A stretch of DNA of 64,000 nucleotides from an uncultured virus (IMG/VR IMGVR_UViG_2897118514_000003) (Duplodnaviria; Heunggongvirae; Uroviricota; Caudoviricetes). The notes beneath the pieces were generated by a model. That model was not told where the DNA came from, searched no databases, and saw only the letters and a list, made by a program, of their open reading frames with translations. Positions 44,226-54,484 of this stretch are shown here, piece after piece (the stretch's first letter is position 1; the number at the start of each line of letters is the position of its first letter). The position numbers and the translations under genes were made by a program. The stretch is taken from the IMG/VR virus record IMGVR_UViG_2897118514_000003, positions 1 through 64,000 of that record. The stretch is one strand, 5' to 3'.

Positions 44226-45038
44226 TTGTTTGTATCGCCAATGCTATTGCATTCGATAAAGGAACCATTTGAGGACGAGAGCTATATTACCGAGCTGAAG
44301 TTTGATGGAATTAGACTGATCCTCTCCAAGTTTAATGATCAGATAAAGCTTTATACTCGTCACAACAATGAAGTAACAAGCAAGTTCCCAGAACTGTTGG
44401 ATCTTGATATACCCAATGGAACTGTTTTAGACGGTGAAATCATTGTAGCTACCCCAGGCGGTGCCCCTGATTTCGAAGCAGTCATGGAACGCTTTATGTC
44501 TAAGAAATCAGCTCATAAGGTGGTTTACTGTGTATTCGATGTAGTTTATATTGATGGACATTCAATCGCTAATAAGCCGCTCACTGAACGTAAGAGCATG
44601 CTTTCAGACCTAAACCTTGACCACGATAATGTCTTTGTGATCGAAGGCCTGCAAGGAAACGGATTAGCTTACTTCAATCTGGCCAAAGAAAAGAATTTAG
44701 AGGGAATCGTACTAAAGAAAGCTAACTCCCCTTATGAAATCAATAAACGTTCCCATAGCTGGCTGAAAGTGATTAATTATGAATACACAGATGTGCTTAT
44801 CACCGGCTACACCAAAGAGGATATAAAATTTCTTCTATCTTATCCTGATGGTACTGCAGCTGGATTTATGGAATTCATGCCGAACGCAGAACGAAGTAAA
44901 TTCCACTCTATGAAACATGTAAAGTCTGAAACTGACGAATATGTATTTGTAGAACCGATCTTATGTAAGGTTAAACACAGATTTAAGACTAAGCATGGCA
45001 AACTCCGCATACCTTCATTTGAATCCTGGAGAGTCTAA
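44226..45038 (+). CDS. ligB: ATP-dependent DNA ligase
   Basis: 270 aa; ELKFDGIR, LDGE, VFDV, EGIVLK, WLKV. Confidence 0.93.
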   Translation: MFVSPMLLHSIKEPFEDESYITELKFDGIRLILSKFNDQIKLYTRHNNEVTSKFPELLDLDIPNGTVLDGEIIVATPGGAPDFEAVMERFMSKKSAHKVVYCVFDVVYIDGHSIANKPLTERKSMLSDLNLDHDNVFVIEGLQGNGLAYFNLAKEKNLEGIVLKKANSPYEINKRSHSWLKVINYEYTDVLITGYTKEDIKFLLSYPDGTAAGFMEFMPNAERSKFHSMKHVKSETDEYVFVEPILCKVKHRFKTKHGKLRIPSFESWRV

Positions 45039-45111
45039 TCTCTCCGTTACATAATTCCTTAGCTCAAAGTTAATTAATTTTGATGAAAATTTAGTACATG
45101 AATCATTTAGT

Positions 45112-45525
45112 TTAACTTGCCCATTCATCAAAGCTGTAGGGGTAATCAACACTTTCAATGAAACCGATCTCCTTCGCCTTCTGACGGATTTTCATACATC
45201 CTTCATAGCTGTAAGCCCATATTTCTTTATAATCCCTCAGCTCGCCGTATTTCCCTGTTATGATGAATTTTCTGAAGCTGTTGACCAGTTGCCACATGTT
45301 GCCTCCATGCGAAAAGCCATTTGCACGCCCGTATCCCATTTCATACGGGTAAACATCAGCGCCCGTGTAATCATCAACGAAGAACAGTTTTTTCCTAAAC
45401 CTGAAATACGCTATCCGATTCTTTGACTTACAGTAGAAAGTACATCTATCAATACTTGCGATAAGCTTGATCAAATCGTTTATGTCGTTCATTCGTTTCA
45501 ATTGCTCTGCTGATGCCATCTGCAC
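45112..45525 (-). CDS. yoqU: Hypothetical protein
   Basis: 137 aa; GFSHGG; synteny. Confidence 0.65.
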   Translation of the reverse strand: MQMASAEQLKRMNDINDLIKLIASIDRCTFYCKSKNRIAYFRFRKKLFFVDDYTGADVYPYEMGYGRANGFSHGGNMWQLVNSFRKFIITGKYGELRDYKEIWAYSYEGCMKIRQKAKEIGFIESVDYPYSFDEWAS

Positions 45526-45562
45526 CCTTCCCTTCTATAAAATAACTATTTTATTTTGATCT

Positions 45563-46099
45563 TTAAATTAGTGATTCTACTTTAAACATATCTATAACTG
45601 GTTCTTCTGTAGCCTCAATTAGCTCGTCCATAGCCTGAACTAAATAATCTCTTTCTAAAATCAATGATTCATCTTCAAAGCAAGAACCGATATCCAATTT
45701 TTCAGCAATGAAATTGTGTAAATCAAGCTTTACTTTATTTATTACTTTAGCTATTTGGGGTTGCTTCCCTAAACGATGTCCCGTTACATGTGCGCTCTTC
45801 TCTGAATAACCTGCTTTAATGGCAGACTGCGTTGCACTGTGTCCGGTGAGATAGTAATAACAAAATAAGCGATGCTTATTCTTTAAAAAACTAACTTCTT
45901 TTTTCTCGCTCACCCCTTCTTCAACTACCTCAGAATCTTCAAAGCGCACAGGCAACGGATCAAGTATAATATCAGTGTTTGTCTCCCTCCATGTCTTTAC
46001 AATAAAACAGGAGCTTGAAGTATCTACATTTATTAATTCATAAGCATTGCCAACAAATTTTTCATACCAGCTGCTTCCTTTTGTAATTCGAACTCTCAA
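45563..46099 (-). CDS. Two-domain protein with a terminase-small-subunit-like HTH
   Basis: KHRLFCYYYL...SATQSAIKAGYSEKSA...RL. Confidence 0.7.
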   Translation of the reverse strand: MRVRITKGSSWYEKFVGNAYELINVDTSSSCFIVKTWRETNTDIILDPLPVRFEDSEVVEEGVSEKKEVSFLKNKHRLFCYYYLTGHSATQSAIKAGYSEKSAHVTGHRLGKQPQIAKVINKVKLDLHNFIAEKLDIGSCFEDESLILERDYLVQAMDELIEATEEPVIDMFKVESLI

Positions 46100-46920
46100 T
46101 TACCTTCCTCCTTTAATTCCACATTAATATTCAATACGTTCGCAATTCGTTTACCTACTTCATCGGAAACTGTTTGTGACACCCTTTCTTTAAATCCATG
46201 TAGTAGCTGACCTCCGTTTTCAAAACCTTCTTCAATAAGTGATTCAATCTTCTCTCCCGCAATTCTATCCAGTTTTCCTGACTCAGACATCTTCTGAACT
46301 TCATTAGAAACCGCAATACTAATCATTTCTTGTGCGTCTTGCCTTGAAATACCTAATTCATTATGTATGTAGTTTTTGACTTCTTTGTATACACTATTTT
46401 TATTTTCAAGGGTCTTCTCATGTTTATCTAGTGGGACGAGGACACGGTATTCATCGCCAAACACCAACCCAATAGTTTCTACGCTTACGTCTCCAGCAGA
46501 ATGGCGTGATTTTACCGTTCCAACTCTCCCTGTATCATAATCGTCCCCTATTACTCCGTCAGGCCTAACAATGATAATCTTCTCGCCTACTTTTGCCTTT
46601 CGGTCGACCATTTTATAGCGCTCACCGTCAATGTGGACAATGCTGGTCGGTTCGAGTACGTGGTATTCGCGATCATATAAGGCGATCGATTGCCCATTTG
46701 CGAGTATAGATTCCACATAATAACCGAGTCTTGAGTCGTCTTTTACGAATCGACTGACAAACGCCATATCACCGTTTCTATATTCGGATTGACAGTCCGC
46801 CTTAACAATAATTATTCTTTCGCCAACCTCCGCCTTCCGATCGACCTCGATGTATTCCCGCTTGATACCGCCTAGTGTTTCGTCAGCCAGTACGTGGATG
46901 TTTACGTTAGATTTCGTCAT
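46096..46920 (-). CDS. Phage protein with two tandem VDRKA.VGE.IIIV...EY.VL.P repeats
   Basis: 274 aa; repeat visible in the translation. Confidence 0.7.
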   Translation of the reverse strand: MTKSNVNIHVLADETLGGIKREYIEVDRKAEVGERIIIVKADCQSEYRNGDMAFVSRFVKDDSRLGYYVESILANGQSIALYDREYHVLEPTSIVHIDGERYKMVDRKAKVGEKIIIVRPDGVIGDDYDTGRVGTVKSRHSAGDVSVETIGLVFGDEYRVLVPLDKHEKTLENKNSVYKEVKNYIHNELGISRQDAQEMISIAVSNEVQKMSESGKLDRIAGEKIESLIEEGFENGGQLLHGFKERVSQTVSDEVGKRIANVLNINVELKEEGN

Positions 46921-47358
46921 TTATTCCGCCTCCCTTTCGCTTTTTAATTCATTTCGAATCCGCATCAGAATCTTTCCAAGTTTATTTTCACCTTGGCCTT
47001 TACACATGCCCCAAATAACATCTCCCCATGTATTTCCTTCAATTAATTCAGACGTTCCTGTTGCGAGCAAACGTTTTTTAAGGTCTCTGTTTTGTTTAAA
47101 TTTAGCTAGGACAATTTCATACATATATTGTTCTTTAACTTCTTCCCAATCATTCCGTAACTGAACGTTACGTCCTTTTCTCTTAGCAAGATTTGGTGGG
47201 AGGTCTGCGAATTGTTTTCTAATTTCGTCAGTCGTGACTTTCATAGCTTGGAATGCTGCTTCATTGTTCTGATATGTGATACCTTCGTATGTAACTGGTG
47301 AATTATAAAAGTTACTCAAAAAATAATATTTGCCTTGAAACTCATCAATTTTGTTCAT
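46921..47358 (-). CDS. NADAR (YbiA-like) family protein
   Basis: FLSNFY, EAAFQA.K, AKF.QN, LIEGN.WGD.WG, GENKLG..LM. Confidence 0.9.
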   Translation of the reverse strand: MNKIDEFQGKYYFLSNFYNSPVTYEGITYQNNEAAFQAMKVTTDEIRKQFADLPPNLAKRKGRNVQLRNDWEEVKEQYMYEIVLAKFKQNRDLKKRLLATGTSELIEGNTWGDVIWGMCKGQGENKLGKILMRIRNELKSEREAE

Positions 47359-47397
47359 TTAACTATCCTCCTAAGTTATTAAAATAAAAACTATCTT

Positions 47398-47799
47398 TTA
47401 TCTAAACTCTAATGGCTCATTCAACTCAAATGCCAATCTACACCCATTGATAAACTGTTTTAAAGTTTCTATGTATCTATTAGGTAACATACAATCATGA
47501 GGCATTTCCACATTTGCCAACTCTTCTGCATAGGGTAAGATGGCTTCTAATTCCTCTGCAACAACTTTACACATTTCAGGTGTAATTACACCATCACAAT
47601 CTGAATGACCGAAAAACTCTGTTAGCCCCTTATGGGTTATTGTTGAATAGCCTTTGCCAAAGTACCAATAGCCATCCTTAAATTTTTGGTTATCATGTGG
47701 TGGCCAACTACCTCCAATTGATTTTAATAAAAATCTTCTAAGATTATTGAATGACGAGTACGTCCCATCGAATGCTCCGTGTGTTACATATAAACCCAT
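47398..47799 (-). CDS. Hypothetical protein bracketed by palindromes 47385 and 47823
   Basis: 133 aa; HSDCDG motif. Confidence 0.7.
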   Translation of the reverse strand: MGLYVTHGAFDGTYSSFNNLRRFLLKSIGGSWPPHDNQKFKDGYWYFGKGYSTITHKGLTEFFGHSDCDGVITPEMCKVVAEELEAILPYAEELANVEMPHDCMLPNRYIETLKQFINGCRLAFELNEPLEFR

Positions 47800-47922
47800 G
47801 TATCAAGTCCTCCAATTCTGTTTAAAATCACGATTTTAATTTAACTTTAATGTGTATCATCTTGAGAAAATCCCCTTTAATTGGTAAACTCATACCTAAC
47901 TTACGTAAGAGTGGGTGATTCC

Positions 47923-48297
47923 TTGAATAAAACAATCGGTATTACTGGGTTAATCATCAGCATAGTAGTGCAATCATTTTCGGCCGATGATTCGTTATCC
48001 CACAGGATTGCTACGGGTTTGTTATTTGTATCAATAATGATTTATAATTTTGAACACGCTAAAGATTATTCTAAAAAGTCACTTGTAATTTTAGGAGTTT
48101 CCTTTATTATTTTTATGCTAGGGATTTATAAAATCCTCTCTATTACCAGCGATTACTTTGAAAAGCTTAATGTGAATTTTGGATACATTCTCTTATTTGA
48201 AATAGCATTGATTATTGCATTAGTGTCGATTGCAGTAAACGTAATGAAGTACATTGCGAATCGGTTAAGGAAAACACCTAATGGTAAAGAGCTTTGA
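47923..48297 (+). CDS. yoqO: Four-TM membrane protein
   Basis: TTG start gives 124 aa; synteny. Confidence 0.65.
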   Translation: MNKTIGITGLIISIVVQSFSADDSLSHRIATGLLFVSIMIYNFEHAKDYSKKSLVILGVSFIIFMLGIYKILSITSDYFEKLNVNFGYILLFEIALIIALVSIAVNVMKYIANRLRKTPNGKEL

Positions 48298-48310
48298 CTC
48301 TTTGCCTTTT

Positions 48311-48541
48311 TTAAGCTAAATACTTCTTCTTATGTGGTCTTCTATGTATGAAATCAAATGCGATATCAACTTTTACCGGTTGCTTCTCCTCTGCTATTCG
48401 TTCCGTAACAACAATCAATTGTCCATTTTCCTGGTGTTCAATGCTATGGACTGAATATCCTTTGCCAGCGTAATATTCACCAATAATCTCATCAACATGG
48501 TTACTAAGCAGATTCCTCTTTATCACCCGAATAACCTCCAA
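48311..48541 (-). CDS. Hypothetical protein (YoqN-like)
   Basis: 76 aa ORF. Confidence 0.55.
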   Translation of the reverse strand: MEVIRVIKRNLLSNHVDEIIGEYYAGKGYSVHSIEHQENGQLIVVTERIAEEKQPVKVDIAFDFIHRRPHKKKYLA

Positions 48542-49188
48542 TTATTTTATTTTTATTCTTTAAAAGTTTATATGTATTCCATCCGCAGCCATCAAATATG
48601 CTTATATCCGCTCCAAGATGCCACTTAAACCAAACTAAGTTAAACCAGGCTGTATCAATTATGTATTTGATGTATCCTATGCTAACGACATCCTTTCAAC
48701 TAATTTTTCAATGAATTCTTCTTTTCTTTATCAATATCTTTCTTAAGCATATCCTCAATTTCCTCCAATTTATCAACCACTTCAAATGTAAATTCATCAT
48801 CATTGGTATAGCGAATCTGATCACTTGCTTTCTTTACAAGCTCAAGCGCAACTTGTCTCGGATCTTTATAGTTCTCACTCAAATTCCCACCTCATTTCAT
48901 TGAAATAATCCTTTTATTGTGATTCTGTAGCCTTAATTAAAAATCCCATTCTTTCCTTCTTTGTTTTAGTTAAATCTCTGCTTTCTTTTAAGATGTCCTG
49001 AAACAAGTGAAATGGAATCGGGTTTAAACCAAGGCTTCTGACTTTATTACAATAGCCTCCGTAATAGGCTTGCTCGTATTCCCTCTGCTCTGATCTAAAA
49101 TTAAATGGATTCATTGGCTGTCTCCCTTCCTCTAAATATCTTAATATCATTCTTTCAAACTAAAATGATTTTTTTATTTTGTTTTTCA

Positions 49189-49806
49189 TCAAAATAGCTT
49201 ACTGTATCTATTCATTTTCTCAAGTCCACAAATCTCACAAACGCATTCCTGCTCGTAACTATTGCTTCCAACTTGTTCTTCGTCATTCTTATACCATTCA
49301 TGCTTACATTGTTTTTGCAGTTCACTTTTTTGTTTAACTAATGGTTCGATTTTTTTCTTTTTAATCTCTCTAATTTCTTTTTCAAACTGCTCGATTTTCT
49401 CGTTAACTTCTTCTAATTCATCAATTAAAATTTCTTCGTCTTTGAACGGATTTTCAGATAGTAGTTCCCAGTCTTGCTCTAACTCTCCTAACGTTTCATT
49501 GTCATAACCATTAAATACATTGTCATATAGTTTAAGCTTATAATACATTTCCCCAAGCATATGAGTGTAACTCACAAGCTCAGCAAAGCTTCCAGTTCTT
49601 TTATTTTTAAAATATAGTTCTAATGGTAAGACGGGTACAACAGGACGTTTGTCTGTGTAAATAACCTCTACCCCATCTTGCGTTTGTTTTTCTAATACAT
49701 GTCTACCGTCTCCGGCAACCCCTCTATACGTATACTTTTCCTGATTTAAATAGCATTTTTCACCTGGATTTAATTTGTTGTCTAACAATACTTCATGAAT
49801 TTTCAT
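49189..49806 (-). CDS. Hypothetical protein with coiled coil and C-terminal Zn motif
   Basis: 205 aa; CKHEW...CEICG. Confidence 0.7.
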   Translation of the reverse strand: MKIHEVLLDNKLNPGEKCYLNQEKYTYRGVAGDGRHVLEKQTQDGVEVIYTDKRPVVPVLPLELYFKNKRTGSFAELVSYTHMLGEMYYKLKLYDNVFNGYDNETLGELEQDWELLSENPFKDEEILIDELEEVNEKIEQFEKEIREIKKKKIEPLVKQKSELQKQCKHEWYKNDEEQVGSNSYEQECVCEICGLEKMNRYSKLF

Positions 49807-49824
49807 TTGATAGTGTCTCCTTTT

Positions 49825-50496
49825 TCAATTGAAATAAGTAATATCTAATTCAAAATTAAAATCAGGATGAAGTCTCCATAATTGATGTCCTAAGTAAGTT
49901 TTCCTTGCATAATTTAAGCAGTTCCTTGTACCACTTTTACTTCCATCATAAACAGCTACTATTGCCTCACTGTGATCAATCATGTATTCATTTCGCTTTT
50001 GCATCTTAGCTGGCGAAAACTCTCCTGGTTTATCTCCACTAACTTTATATTTATCTAATTCTTCAACATTAATAATCTCATCTGCCACATCAAGCATACG
50101 TTTGTACCACATTTTTTGGTCTGCAGACCACACTTTGTCTTGTTCTTTGAAAGGTGTAGCAATTATGTTTTTGATATGAGGGTGTTTCTTCTTTAGAATA
50201 TGTACACACCAGCAAGCAGCCTGGTCAGTTCCTAATGCTCCACCAGTTATAAACCTGGACTTCTCTTCTTTTATGATTAACTCCTCAATCACTTCAAGCA
50301 GCTTATTTTTGAGTTTGAGCATTGTGGGATTTTTCATATCATAGCCACCCAATTTATTTGGTCTGTGACCGGTAAAGCAAACTGTCTTCTTTCTCAGTGT
50401 TTCTTGTTCTTCTAAAAGCCGCTCTCGTTCTTTTCTTTCATCAGCCCACTGCTTTTTCCATTCTGGATCATTTAACTTTGCAAAATCAATTGCCAT
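49825..50496 (-). CDS. SLOG/YspA-like (DUF1273) protein, YoqJ-like
   Basis: CFTGHRP, GGALGTD, RNEYMIDHS, SGT.NC..YA. Confidence 0.85.
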   Translation of the reverse strand: MAIDFAKLNDPEWKKQWADERKERERLLEEQETLRKKTVCFTGHRPNKLGGYDMKNPTMLKLKNKLLEVIEELIIKEEKSRFITGGALGTDQAACWCVHILKKKHPHIKNIIATPFKEQDKVWSADQKMWYKRMLDVADEIINVEELDKYKVSGDKPGEFSPAKMQKRNEYMIDHSEAIVAVYDGSKSGTRNCLNYARKTYLGHQLWRLHPDFNFELDITYFN

Positions 50497-50793
50497 AGTT
50501 CAGCTCCTTTCTCTTTAAAACAGTCTTTTTATTCAGTGTAAGAATGCTTGACAGACCCACTTGTCTACACCATCATAAATTTCGACTTCGCAGTGTTGCC
50601 CTTTTTCATATTTCCAAATTCCTTGATATTCACCATTAAGAACATCGAATTCTTTATTTTCTTCATTAACCACTTGTGAGTCCGTTAGCTCACACATATA
50701 GTCTCCAAACTGGACAACGACCGCTTCCAAAGTTTTGTTTCTGTCATATATCACTCGGATATCTTTCACAATACAACAGCTCCTTTTTCAATT

Positions 50794-51432
50794 TTATTCA
50801 TAAATCTCTAACCTTCCCCAGCAAGATTCCCATTTAATCTTTATTCCTAGAATATCATTAATGTCATCATGAAACTTATTCATCATTCTAGTCGCAAAGT
50901 GTCTTGCATCTCGTTCGCTTTTCTGTGCAAAATAGCCAGGTTGACCTCCATCTACATAATTCGATTCTTTAATCCAAGTCATAAACTCATCTTGGTAAGC
51001 GTGTCTAAGTTCATGGTACAGCGTTTCGAGAATATAGAGCTTTATAGTCTGCTTGTAGCAAGTTAAATCTTTTGGATAATTGAATGGATAAATGTGAATA
51101 ATCCCAAACCCATTTAAACCAACCAGTTGTTTTCTAAAGATGCTTCTTATGGTTTTTAAGCAAAAAGGTGCTCCAAGGGGATTCAAAAAATTAAGTACTG
51201 CTTGAATTTTATTTTGAAACACAAATATTCTAATCCCTAGGTTATGATAATCCTTATGTAGCAGCTGTATACAGTTCTCAATCTCTTTTGCACTTATTAC
51301 AGATGATTTATTCTCTATCAAATTACTATTTAGGTTTTGCCCCGTTATCAATCGAAAGTGATCTTGATATAACCTTGCTATATCATCCTCTAGATACATC
51401 TTTACTGAGGCATTAGTTTTTTCAGCAATCAC
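50794..51432 (-). CDS. Putative HExxH metallopeptidase-like protein
   Basis: HELRHAYQ...ERDARHFA; GTG start after AGGAGGGG. Confidence 0.65.
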   Translation of the reverse strand: MIAEKTNASVKMYLEDDIARLYQDHFRLITGQNLNSNLIENKSSVISAKEIENCIQLLHKDYHNLGIRIFVFQNKIQAVLNFLNPLGAPFCLKTIRSIFRKQLVGLNGFGIIHIYPFNYPKDLTCYKQTIKLYILETLYHELRHAYQDEFMTWIKESNYVDGGQPGYFAQKSERDARHFATRMMNKFHDDINDILGIKIKWESCWGRLEIYE

Positions 51433-51484
51433 TGATCCCCTCCTGTATTTCATTTAAAACTTCAATTTTAATTAGATTCTGTTT

Positions 51485-51688
51485 TTAATCCCAATTAAAA
51501 TGTTTGGGTCTAGCGACAAATTCATAGTTCTCCTCCCAATCAAATTGTCTCAAACCATCTTCTTCAAATTCCCAGCATTCGCCGAGTAAAGGATCGTCTA
51601 ATTCAGGAACTCTTTTTTTTAAAGTTCGAAGTTTGTTGAGATGACTAGCTGTTTTAAATTTAACTTTATCCATTGGTGCAAATTTCAT
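51485..51688 (-). CDS. Hypothetical protein
   Basis: 67 aa ORF. Confidence 0.5.
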   Translation of the reverse strand: MKFAPMDKVKFKTASHLNKLRTLKKRVPELDDPLLGECWEFEEDGLRQFDWEENYEFVARPKHFNWD

Positions 51689-51906
51689 TTTTCCATCTAC
51701 TTTCTTTTAATTTTTCTTATTTCAAAACGCCATTTGTATGCATCTGTACCAATTCGATTGAATAGCTCTTTTCTTGCTTTTGTTTTTGAAGGCTCCTCAA
51801 TTCCAAAGCAAAACTTTCGTGATCTAGTACTGTAAACTCCGTATAAAACATTATTCTCCATCTTCCATCCTCCGATTCTCTTTAAAATTTTACTTTTATC
51901 TAGAAT

Positions 51907-54105
51907 TCATTTGGCTTCCAATACCACAGTTTCTTTTTCAAAATCATTTCTCAATTTGATAATGGAAGCTGATTTTAAATATCCTCTGTCTTTTGTCTTA
52001 GCCCATGCAAAAAATCTATTGTGCAAAGGAGTGTAAAGGCTTCCTGTGTTAACCATATGCTCATGTTTGTTGCTGATCTTATGCTTTACTCCCCTCATTT
52101 GTTTCCAAAAGTTATAGTAAGGGAGCTTAAGTTTTGTCATGAAGCCAGCAGCATCTTCAATTACATAACCCTCTTCCTCAATTGAAAAATCTTGTGACAC
52201 GTCCAGATACCATCTATAGAAATCTGTCCAGTTACTAAACTCCGCAACTTGTTTTTTGCACTCAATGGATAAACACTCTGCAGTAGCTTTCACTTCACTG
52301 TAAGGGAGTTTTTCATATGACATCTGTCTTTTTACTATGTCTAAGAGGACTAGTTTGTCTTGATTGTATTCAATGATATGTGGATCTTTTTCTGGAAGTA
52401 TTACTTCAAAAACGAATGAAACCTTATTTAGCTTCAGATAATATTTAATGGCATTTACCGTAAATTCATCAAAGGTCTTGAAGAACAACTCCTCGACCCA
52501 TTTCGCATGGTCATTTGATAATTGAGATGTAAAGGATTTAGAAGTGAATACCAACTGATCTGACAAAGAGTCATACCCCACAGTCCCTAAATATCCATTT
52601 GCCTTATCGAACACTGTTACAGGAAACTTCATTGTATCTACGAGATGATGCATTCTTGTTTCAGATCGTTCTCCAATGTTAAAAAATTTATCATAGCTTC
52701 TACTTACAATTTCATTATTCTGGATGTTAATAAACAAACCCCTTGCCTTAATATTTGTTTCATCCCACTTTTTCTTTCTAAAGGCTTGCTTTGTAAAATT
52801 AAATGATGAGATATTGTTTGGCATCTTGTTCTCTTGGACATATTCATGATCACGTAAGTGGGAAACCAAATCATCAATTGTTCCAACAGTTACACTATTA
52901 CTCTGCACATCACTTGAACTTTGTTTAAAAACTTTATTCTTCACCTCATGCGTTTCAATTCCGTTCTCAGACAGTGTAACGACTCTAAGATGACCTCCTC
53001 TTTCCACTTGCCCTTCCAGGTTATAAGATCTTTCTGCTGCTAACACAGGTAAACGGTACATGTTTCTATGTCCATGAATCTGTACAACATTTTGGCCAGC
53101 CGTATTTTTTGCAAATTCATAATCAATATCGTCTGAATAATCTCCAACTCCATTGATGAATTGTGTTGTTGCGGTCATCAAGAGATTTTCAGGTACGGTT
53201 GAAACTCCTCCATGAGTTACAATGTATGTAGTGTTTTTATATGTAAAGTAAGCTAACTGATGAAACTTCCTGGCCAACTGTCTAATGTCTTTTTTATCAA
53301 TGTTGGATTGTTCGATTTCTGGTTTAGTTTTGTTGTTAAATGTGCTGCTAGGTGTTTCTTCATCATTCCCATACATATTGATATATCTATCGTGATTTCC
53401 TTCCAGAATAATCACATTTTTATTATCTTTAATTTTGATCATGAATTCTAATAGCTGTGCATTTTCAATACCTCTGTCGATAAGATCTCCTACAAAGATG
53501 TATAGTTCATTTTCATTTAAATCACCGTTTAGGTACTCTTGAAGCACAGTATTGCACCCATGAACATCTCCGAAAATATGGATCTTTTTATAATCGTCAA
53601 AACATCTCGGCTTATAAGTCATCGTGTTTTCAAACTCATCTGGTTTTAGAACAGTTACCCAAGATGGCACTTTTTCTGTTGTCATTCTTTCATAAATATT
53701 AAGAATACTGCTTTCAGGAACATGTTTATGTTCAGCCCTCATTTTATTTCTTTTTAAGATTCTCCGAACATCAACATCAGAAAAATCAACTACATATACA
53801 CGGTATCTATATTTTTGAGCTAGTGGCTTATATCTTGAAATCGCACTTTGCTTTGAATGAGTTGCATCGACAATTGTGAATTCACCGCGATTCATCCTGT
53901 CTTCAAGCAATTTCATTAATAAATCCCACACCTTGTTGTCGTGTTTTGGAGAGATTTCATATTTTCCACTTTTGTTTAACACAGGTGACTGAAACAGTAA
54001 TCTAATATTGTCTGCAGAAAGAGTGTATTGCTCAAGTCCATTTTCCTTGATCCAAGTTGATTTCCCCACTCCTGGGCACCCTCTTAATAACACTAATGTT
54101 CTCAT
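51907..54105 (-). CDS. Trifunctional RNA repair enzyme: polynucleotide kinase, metallophosphoesterase, RNA ligase
   Basis: GCPGVGKST; GDVHG, GDLIDRG, GNHD, HGH; KANG, EEGYV, KLK ligase motifs. Confidence 0.85.
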   Translation of the reverse strand: MRTLVLLRGCPGVGKSTWIKENGLEQYTLSADNIRLLFQSPVLNKSGKYEISPKHDNKVWDLLMKLLEDRMNRGEFTIVDATHSKQSAISRYKPLAQKYRYRVYVVDFSDVDVRRILKRNKMRAEHKHVPESSILNIYERMTTEKVPSWVTVLKPDEFENTMTYKPRCFDDYKKIHIFGDVHGCNTVLQEYLNGDLNENELYIFVGDLIDRGIENAQLLEFMIKIKDNKNVIILEGNHDRYINMYGNDEETPSSTFNNKTKPEIEQSNIDKKDIRQLARKFHQLAYFTYKNTTYIVTHGGVSTVPENLLMTATTQFINGVGDYSDDIDYEFAKNTAGQNVVQIHGHRNMYRLPVLAAERSYNLEGQVERGGHLRVVTLSENGIETHEVKNKVFKQSSSDVQSNSVTVGTIDDLVSHLRDHEYVQENKMPNNISSFNFTKQAFRKKKWDETNIKARGLFINIQNNEIVSRSYDKFFNIGERSETRMHHLVDTMKFPVTVFDKANGYLGTVGYDSLSDQLVFTSKSFTSQLSNDHAKWVEELFFKTFDEFTVNAIKYYLKLNKVSFVFEVILPEKDPHIIEYNQDKLVLLDIVKRQMSYEKLPYSEVKATAECLSIECKKQVAEFSNWTDFYRWYLDVSQDFSIEEEGYVIEDAAGFMTKLKLPYYNFWKQMRGVKHKISNKHEHMVNTGSLYTPLHNRFFAWAKTKDRGYLKSASIIKLRNDFEKETVVLEAK

Positions 54106-54133
54106 TTTCTATCAACCTTTCTATTTTTTGCTT

Positions 54134-54484
54134 TTATCCAAACTGCTTTCTCCAAGGGACATTGCCGACAACACTGTGATCAAGAATTTCTTCACAACAT
54201 TTGCACAGAGTTGATTTAGTTATTGTCATATGAAATGAGTCCCACTTGCCACAACAGTGACAGGTCTTTTCAAAGGCTGCTGACTCCTTTTGGTTTTTCC
54301 TTTCAGAGCCGTTGCCAGTTAACAATAAGCAGTTACTATAAAGGTCGTTCTGTCTTACTTCCGCTTCTATACTCCATGGGTATATTCGCTTCTTTAAGTA
54401 CCTTTGCACTAACGACTTGCTTTGGGTATTTCCAATCTTCATGAACTCTCTATTTACAGTAAGGTCAACTGTTCTTTTCATCAC
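54134..54484 (-). CDS. Cys-rich hypothetical protein
   Basis: 116 aa; CHCCG...CKCC. Confidence 0.6.
   Translation of the reverse strand: MMKRTVDLTVNREFMKIGNTQSKSLVQRYLKKRIYPWSIEAEVRQNDLYSNCLLLTGNGSERKNQKESAAFEKTCHCCGKWDSFHMTITKSTLCKCCEEILDHSVVGNVPWRKQFG

Noticed and set aside
45563..46099. The phage's actual terminase small subunit
   Set aside because: No large terminase or portal nearby; only the HTH part matches
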